Shown here piece after piece: positions 42,001 through 51,000 of a stretch of 64,000 nt of DNA; position 1 is the first letter of the stretch, and each line of letters starts with the position of its first letter. Source of the stretch: Aplysia californica (lineage: Eukaryota); contig NW_004797271.1 in the NCBI RefSeq assembly GCF_000002075.1, positions 697,293 to 761,292 of the forward strand. Reading direction: 5' to 3'. Both the position numbers and the translations under genes were made by a program. Below the pieces are notes generated by a model, which saw nothing but the letters and a program-made list of their open reading frames with translations, had not been told where the DNA came from and made no database searches.

Positions 42001-45000
42001 TGATGTCTCCATTTCTGATCTGGTACTTGAAGAAGAAGACCCTCTTGTAGAAAGTGTCTCTAAGACTGTTCTTTGGTGTGACAGATTTTGAGAGTAAACT
42101 TTGAAAGTAGTCTGTGCGAAAAGCAGTAACTCAATAATTTGAAGTTTGTGACTTCGTGGTGTTACTTTGTAGTCGCTGAAGGCTAGGTTCAAATCCCAGT
42201 CTAGTTCTAACGTTGTTCCTGGGATAGGCCCTTGGCGCGAATTTTTCTCACTTTACTTAGGTGAGAATGGGTACCCAGGTGTCTGCATGTTAGTGTTTGA
42301 GCTATGACAGTGAAAGATCTTGTCAATTTGAACTAAGACGCGAAAATTTTCTCATTATTTTAGTGTTTGAGCGACAGTAAAATAGCAGCTTGCATTGAGT
42401 GCTCCCCAAAGAGCTGAATATGTTTCCAAATGTTCCTGGGTCTGTTGAGGTAGTGATAAATAGCAAAGCACGTAGAGCCTGCTTTCGATTCGGATATGTT
42501 GTCTTTAAATGTATTGTTATCTTTGTTATGTTTATTATTGACAAAGGTTTCCCTCGACATTTTTGGGTGGTTGGTTGGAGGGCACCACTTGTAGGTCCTT
42601 CTTCTTTTCTATTTTCCCTTTGTTGTTTCTGTTTTTGTCTTTCTTTCTCTTTTCCCTGATCTATATAGCCGTTCTTGTGTGGTTGTGCTTCTGTTTACTC
42701 AAACCAACTCTTCCTTTCACAGGCAAGCCGCCAAGTGCTGCTCCCCCTCCTGGCAGCGGGCCTCCCTCCGGCCCCCCACCCCCCTCAGGGGGAGGAAACA
42801 AGTTCTCTCTCAAAGCTAAAGGTGAATATGATGGCTGAGTAGTTAATGTGCTTGCCTCTAGGTGTGAAGGCTGAGTAGTTAAATCTTTATCTCTGAGATG
42901 GGTAAACCCACTACGCGGGGGCCCTTTTTTGGTACTAAATCTGAAAATGACGAAAACGTCACTAAATGGGTCATTAAATCGAAACTCGCGAACCTATTAT
43001 GATAGTACTTCATCTAATGAATGAACTTTGGTAAAAGAGACCTGTTTTTGGCTATGGCTTTATCAATCAAGTGTCTCGGTTTGTCTGCTGTGGTGTTGTA
43101 CCCTACCTGGCAGGGTGGAAGCAGCCTGCCTCCTAAATGATCTCAATTATGTTTGTAGGGGTGTAATATACATGTACAGTTATGACAATAGCTCTAACTG
43201 TCTCCCATGTACAGGTGTGAGGAACCAGTACGTGGACGTAAACAACCCCAAGCCCGTCTCCGTGCCCCAGGAGCTGTTCAATGTGATGGCCCCGCCCACC
43301 TCGTCAACTGCCTCACAGCAGCCACCCGCCGCCCCTCAGGTCCTTATGCCCGCCGCAGGTCAGTAGTCTGTGTGTGTAGTCTGTGTCTGAAATCTAATGT
43401 AGTTTGTGGCTGTAGTTTAGTCTAGTCTTGTTTTTGTAGTCTAGTGTAGTCTGTGTCTGCAGTCTAGTCTGTGTCTGTAGTCTAGTGTTGTCTGTGTCTG
43501 TGGTCTGTTTCTGTAGTCTAGTTTATTCTGTGTCCATAGTCTGCTTCTGTTGTCTAAGTTTATTCTGTGTCTGTGTCTAAAGTCTAACGTAGTTTGTAGC
43601 TGTAGTCTAGTACAGTGGAGTCCACTATTTCAAGTCCTGAAATAATGAGAAGTCTGTTATAAAGACACTATTCTAAAATCCCTGTTTTTTTCTTTTTCTT
43701 TATCTTTGAAAATAAAATACTGCTGTAGCGCAATCAGACAAACACACAAGTCGGTTATAGCCGAATATTGTTGCTGCTGTGCACAGCGCACAGGCCAGTT
43801 TATATGGTGCATGATATGTAAAACCTCGCCAGTTGAGAAACTTGTTGGTGATCTAGGGAAACAAAGAACGTAAGAGCCTTCGTGTGGCGACAATGAAGGC
43901 TGGAGAGAATGAGTGGAGAGGGTGTGGCATGCGCAGACAAGCAGAATGCATCGTGTGATGGGCCAGCCTAGGCTAAATGATCTAGGCTTACCATTCCTTT
44001 CACTCTCACTTCTCCGTTGCGGGGATGGAGAGGTCACAGTGCTGCGATGGATGGAGCGAATGTGTGACGTGGGCAGGGTGTGGTGTGTACCCGATGTTCG
44101 CAAGTAGGCCTACTTACTTTATTATTTCTCTTGAATTTATTACGGGATCCCTTATAACGAGAATCTTGCTATAACAGATATTTCGCACCAGTCCCCTCGC
44201 TCTCGTTATAACAGGATTCCACTGTATAGTCTTGTTTTTGTAGTCTGGTGTAGTCGTTTTTTTGTGGTCAAGCGTAGTCTGTTTGTGTCGATGTGCATCT
44301 CTTTACTCAAACAAACGAATAAGCCTGAGATTTGCTCTCAGGTGGATCTTGGCCTTCCTCTCTTTCTTTTCTCCTGGGGGTTCCATATTAGGCTTAATTG
44401 TGTCAGTGGATGTGCAAAAATTTACAATTACAATTGTCTATTCCAGGAGACTCCAACAACAGTGGTGCTTCGGAGGGCATGTTGTCTGTGCCTGGACCGG
44501 GAAATGAGGTGAGAACGCTGGTGTGTTGATCTGTCTGTCTGTTTGTTGTTGTGTCTGTCTACTTACTGTGTTTAATTTGTCTATTGTGTCTGTCTGTTAG
44601 ATGAATACAAAACTGGTATGACGGTGTGTTTGTTGTTGTGTTTGTCTGATGTGTCAAGGTGTGTTTGTTGTCTGTGATGTGCAGATGATGTGTTTGTCTA
44701 TGTGCTCTATCTACCATAGGCTTTGCAGACATAGAAGTTGTTCTGTGACTTACAGACTTCAACATAAGTTACGGACCACCTTGACAAACAGTACTGATTT
44801 TTACAAATCCGAAAGAAGAGAAAAGCAAGGAATGTTTCAACATTTTTTGCTCTGAAAATATTCATGGGTTACCAATACGTACTGCACAGCTTCCTAAAGG
44901 GGCAAAACCACAAAGTGCTGCATAGAAATCCTCGGAGGAATTTTTGCCAAATATGTAAGTGATCCTTAACTTATGTTGAAGTCTGTATTTCCTCCTCACT

Positions 45001-48000
45001 TCTCTTCAGTTGGTATTTTTTTCTCTTCTCTGGAGCGCACCCTGTTTTCAATCTACATACTGTCACAAGAACAATGAAGGGCCCCAATTTTTTTTAACTC
45101 GGCCTTGAAAGCGAGGTCAAATTTTCTTATTTTCTTCATGACGAATGTTGCTATGGCTTTGTGTTTTTTCAACTTGGACTTAAAATTCCAAACATTTTTG
45201 TCTCCCTGTAAGACTGGAGTGGTTACTTTCCTATGTGGTGTTTGTTGTCATGTGCTTGTGATGTGGGCCAGGATGGTTGGAGGGAGCAACTTGTAGGTCC
45301 TACTTCTTTCCTTCCAATTTGTTTCCCCTTTGTCAGTCTTGCTTTTCCCCAGCGCTAAATAGTATTGTGATGATGCGCCTCTGTCTACTTAAAACAAATA
45401 TATCAACCCAGTGCTGCTTTGTAATCATTTCCCCAAGCAGTGCATGTGACCCTTGTCAGTTTTTGTTTATTTTACATCACAACTGACCATCAGTGATATA
45501 CGCTTCCTTGTATTCTCAGTCCCCAAATTTGTCTGATGTTGATTCTGTAAATTGTGGAGAAGTGATAAGATTTTTGGGACAATTTGTTGTATTAGAATAC
45601 ATTAATTCTGCATTTGACTTTTGTTATTCAAAGTGGTGGCTTTTTGCCTCTTGAAAGCTTGGAGATTTTAGATATATGTTCACATTTGTAGTCCGTTTAA
45701 GCAAGTAATCTAAGTTCTTTGTAGAAAAAGGGTAGTTTAAATGCCGTCAGAGTTTTCTTATTGTGTCAGGTTCTGATGTTTTGTACACAGGAGAGAAAGG
45801 ATTCTGTGGTCACAGCTGATATTTTCAGAATGTTTAGTACAGTCTTGCTTTTTCATGCAACCTACACCTGAGATACAGATTTTATAACGTTTTAATTAAT
45901 GCTCACACTATGATGTGTATATGTCAGCTAATGAATTTTAAAAACTATTTAAAGTCATTTCGAGAAGCAGAGAGTACTTAGAGCGCTGTTCATATTTGTA
46001 CTCTGTTCTGACTCAAACTCAAGTGTTGGGCATGATTTCCTTCCCCACATTGTTTGCAGATTATGACAAACTATAAGTCTTTGATCCATATTTGGAATTG
46101 AGTGAAAATTTATCTAAATTGATGTCGTATGCGCTTCGCTAATCATCGAGTTATTTGATCAATACCTCAAGAAGTGTTGATGTAGAAATCATGTCAGTAT
46201 CGTTTTGTTTTTCATCGAGTTGTTTGATCAGTACCTCAGGAAGTGTTGGAGTAGAATTTGTGTGCATTTTTCATCATTGAGTTGTTCCCATTGTGACATT
46301 GTTAGCAGTGAGTGTTGTCGCTTTGTATTTGTCATGTTTTGTAGTGAGCCCATCATCTGAAAAGTTACATAGACCTGGGCAGTGTCTGCCTCGCTTTTTC
46401 CCCAGCACTGAATAATTGTTATTGTGTGGGTGTGCTGCACTTTACTCAAACAGAATCGCATAGTTTTGGATGGATAAAATATGGCTTTGAGCTAGTAGAA
46501 CTTTGCTCGCAGATACTGTTCGTTATTTCCACATTATCGCTTCTTTCGAATATTCCGCACTTTGCATCAGAGTAATATATAGAGAATATGTCTCTCTCTG
46601 GCACTGTGTGTTGGAGTAACATAGAGAACTTGTCATTGCCCCACACTGTGGGATGTTTCTTTTGTCGCAGGGGATGTACAATTATCAACGTCAATTATTT
46701 CAGGAAACGTGTTCATTTTCTGACGTTCTGGCTTTGCTTAAGTCACGTCGTGTATAGTATCACTATAAAATTTCTGGAAACATGTTCATGTGTCAGGAAA
46801 CATGTTCAGATTTCTGGCTTTGCCGAAGTCACAAGTGTGTATCATATTCAGTCGTGTTGGGAGACGCGTTCAGTTTTCTGACCTTCTGATGGAGCAGCTG
46901 TGTGTATATCTACTCTGAGGAGGACTGCTTTGAAAAAATAAATGATTATTAGTGTTGTTGTGGTGTGATGTATGATGATGATGTTGATGGAGTGTGAGGT
47001 GATGACTGTTGTGGTTACTGTTGCCGTTGCAGTTGTCACGCTCCAGTTCTGTCAGCTCTCTGGCGCAAGAAGTACAGAGTATTTTGCAAGAGGTAACCAC
47101 ACCCCACCCACCCCCCTCCCCGTTCCCGACCAGCATTTATAGCTTTTGCTTGATGTTGACATTTGTGCATGGCTCTGTGAAAATCCGTGGGAATGTGGAT
47201 TTTTTTCTAATACAAACTTTTTTGTGTGCATATGTTTGAAAGGGCTTATCTTTCACAAGCATTTTATTCCTTTTACAATTGAGCCTTTTGCAAAAAGTTT
47301 ATAGCACTTCAAAGGTCTCAGCAGTAAACAGTTATAAATTTGTGCAAAATTTGTCAGTCTGCTGAGTGTCTTCGAAATTATCTCTTAAAAATTTTAAAAA
47401 TGTTTTAACTTGTATTTGAGGGAAATCCTTAAAAATTAATTATTGAAATAAAGTTGTAGTTCTATTTTTGACAATATCCCAAAATAGCCATCTGCACTTT
47501 CTGACGGGTTTTCTTGTAGCCACACACACCTTTCGTTGTTCACCTAATGACTGTCCCAATGGAACCACTGGGTCGCTTATTTGGCTCGATGTTCACCTTT
47601 TGCTGTTCACTTTTAGCTGTTCGCCAAATACAGTACCACTGAAACCACCGAAGAATGCTTTTTTTCTGTCGGCTGAAAGCTTCCATGAAAGAGTCCTTCT
47701 GTTGATGAGTAGCTGAGTACAATACCGAGCTCAAGTTCAAATTCTCCAATGTTAACTTGTTGCTTTGTTGCTATCTTTTAGTTTTAGTTATGAAATAAAT
47801 CTTTATTGTTCAGATGTCCAGATGCTGGCACTTTGGTTTGGTGTTTTACCACACACACGCACACGCACACACACACATAAAGTAATCTGACTTTACCACG
47901 TCTAAAAATTGTACACATAACTTTGTGCAGTCAGTGTCGACAGACATAAGGAGAGGAAAGTTGGTTGTTGCATTTAAGCGAATACAGGCTTTAGTCCATT

Positions 48001-51000
48001 GGCATGTAAGACATGTTGTGAATATTGTGAAGTAAAAATTTATTTGTAATTTGATTTGGGGGGGGGTGGGGGGTGTTGTTTTTTTTCTCGATTCCAGTGG
48101 TTTCTTGGGCGCATGATAGATCTGTCCCTCTATCTCTCTATGAAGGTAGTTGCTATGATTAGAAGCTCCTGAAAGTGGAAGATCTGTGTGTGTATATTGT
48201 ATACTGGTGGCCTTTGGAGGCTCACCTCTGACCTACTCAGGAGAGGTGTTTGTCTCATCGGTTGCACACATAGTTATTGTCTTTCCACTCACTTTTTGCT
48301 CTGTTCTATGTCTTGAGCTTCACTCGATAAAAGCAGTCTATCTGTTCAAGATGTTGGTTGTGTCAAATGGGGTGTAAAACATTTAAGATTAGTTTCAATA
48401 CTGTTGTGGTATTCCTGAAATACCAGAGTCGGTGTCTGATGTTTTGGCTCTTCACCTTGCAAGCAAAAGACATAGGTTCGATTCCCAAACAGGGTAGACA
48501 TTTTGTCTTGTACATGTTTTTGCCTTGAGGTGTATGTCCAAATTACCAATGAGGTCACAGGAACTGATCAGCACCTCTCTCTGTGGTCTTTTCCTGTTAC
48601 CTACCCAAATTGGTCCCAGAATCACTCTTCTAGCCTTTAGTACATGACCCCATGAGAAATTTAAGGGGGTTGTTTTAAAAAAAATTTCTGCTCTCACCGA
48701 CATCTGTGGGGCAAAAGTCAGGCTTTTCGCCATTTAATTCCTAAGTAAGGAAGTTATTTTATCGAGTGTCTTATTTGTCTGCTGAGATGCTGTGTCCCAA
48801 TCATCCTGGGGGAACCCCGACGGGCAGGGTCTGGATTATGTTGATGAGGTGTAAAAATTTACAATGGATCGCTGTTTTCGGCATTGAAATGATGTGTTCA
48901 AAGTATTGTCGAAGTAGTAATGTCTTTTTTTATTAAGTGCAAAAACAGAAAGAAAGGTTTTGCTGTAGATAGAAACGTTGCATTTCAATACAAAGCATTT
49001 GTGGCTCATTTTCCTTGGACTATATCACCCATACATTCTATTCTATTATCTAACAAGCGTGCAGCTGAAACTAACTTTCTCACTCTCATATAACAGTGAA
49101 AAAACCCCAACCTAACATAGCCTCAGCTAACATAGTTTGCTTGTGCCTGTACAACATATTTATTCCATATTCGTGTATGCCTTCTTGTATCANNNNNNNN
49201 NNNNNNNNNNNNNNNNNNNNNNNNNNNNNNNNNNNNNNNNNNNNNNNNNNNNNNNNNNNNNNNNNNNNNNNNNNNNNNNNNNNNNNNNNNNNNNNNNNNN
49301 NNNNNNNNNNNNNNNNNNNNNNNNNNNNNNNNNNNNNNNNNNNNNNNNNNNNNNNNNNNNNNNNNNNNNNNNNNNNNNNNNNNNNNNNNNNNNNNNNNNN
49401 NNNNNNNNNNNNNNNNNNNNNNNNNNGGTTGTGAGAGGGTGCCACTGATAGGTCCTACTATTTATTCTTTCCTTGTTTTGTTTCCGTTTTTCTGTCTTGC
49501 CTTTTTCGTCAGCTTTTACTGACTGTGATCGTATCAATGTGCTTCTCTTAACTTTGACTAAAAACTCTTTGTGTTTGAGAACAGACGTTGTCTGGGAAGG
49601 GGGGAGGGGTGCCGATGGTTAGCTCCCTTTTTCAGAAAGGAACTATCCCTGTTTTATGTTTGGTTTTGATTCATCCTTGCTGCTGTGACTAGAGCTCTAT
49701 GTTTATCCATCTTGAGAAGGTGTATGGTTGTCTGTGTCCCTGACTAGAGAAGGTGTATGGTTGTCCTGACTAGAGAAGGTCTATGGTTGTCCCTGTCCCT
49801 GACTAGAGAAGGTCTATGGTTGTCTGTGTCCCTGACAAGAGAAGGTGTATGGTTGTCCTGACTAGAGAAGGTGTACGGTTGTCTGTGTCCCTGACTAGAG
49901 AAGGTCTATGGTTGTCTGTGTCCCTGACTAGAGAAGGTCTGTGGTTGTCTGTGTCCCTGACTAGAGAAAGTCTATGGTTGTCTGTGTCCCTGACTAGAGA
50001 AAGTCTATGGTTGTCGGTGTCCCTGACTAGAGAAGGTCTATGGTTGTCTGTGTCCCTGACTAGAGAAGGTCTATGGTTGTCTGTGTCACTTACTAGAGAA
50101 GGTCTATGGTTGTCTGTGTCCCGGACTAGATAAGGTCTATGGTTCTCTGTGTCCCTGACTAGAGGTCTATGGTTGTCTGTGTCCCTGACTAGAGAAGGTC
50201 TATGGTTGTCTGTGTCCCTGACTAGAGGTCTATGGTTGTCTGTGTCACTTACTAGAGAAGGTCTATGATTATCCTAACTAGAGAAGGTCTATGGTTGTCT
50301 GTGTCCCTGACTAGAGATGGTCTATGGTTGTCTGTGTCACTGCACAGTCTATCATCATCATCACCATCATTGCCTTGCTCACCCTGGATCAGGGTATAGG
50401 CCACAAACAAACATTTTCCACCTTTCCCTATCCTTGGCCAGCCTTTTGATGTTATTCCATTTGTCTTCCCACTTTTCTGTACATCAATTTTGGTGACTCT
50501 TCTCCAGGTTCCACATGGTCTTCCCCTTGATCTTTTACCTCTGTGTATTCCAATCCATCGCTTTCCTTGTTATGCAGTTGCCTGGCTTCCTGAGAGTATT
50601 TCTTGCACAGTCTATTATACTCAATTCTAAATTATACTGATGTCTGTGGTGTCGACAAGACAAGTTCAGTTCCCATACTGAAATGTTATTTTGTTCAGTT
50701 TCTCTGTGTATATATGGCGTGGTTAGGTGTTTTGCTGTTGCACGCAGGAGACCTGAGTTTGATTCCAGAGTGGGGGAGAAGTTTTTATCGAGTATCTCGG
50801 TCTTTCTGATGGGATTTTGTAGCTCTCTCAGCCTAGGTTGGCTCTGACTGGCAGGGTCGGAAGCCGGCCTCCTAAATGATATAACTTGTGTCAATGAGGC
50901 TTAAAAATACTTACATTTTAGAAAAAAATTCTGTCCGTCTGCTAGGATGCTGTATCTCTCAACCTTGGTTGGACATGGTAGGAAGGGTCACTACAGCCAG

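Noticed and set aside
49715-50340. 33-bp repeat array as CRISPR, or as the 105-aa ORF ([11 protein letters not shown])n
   Set aside because: Head-to-tail units with no unique spacers in a eukaryotic intron; the ORF arises only because the unit length is a multiple of 3.
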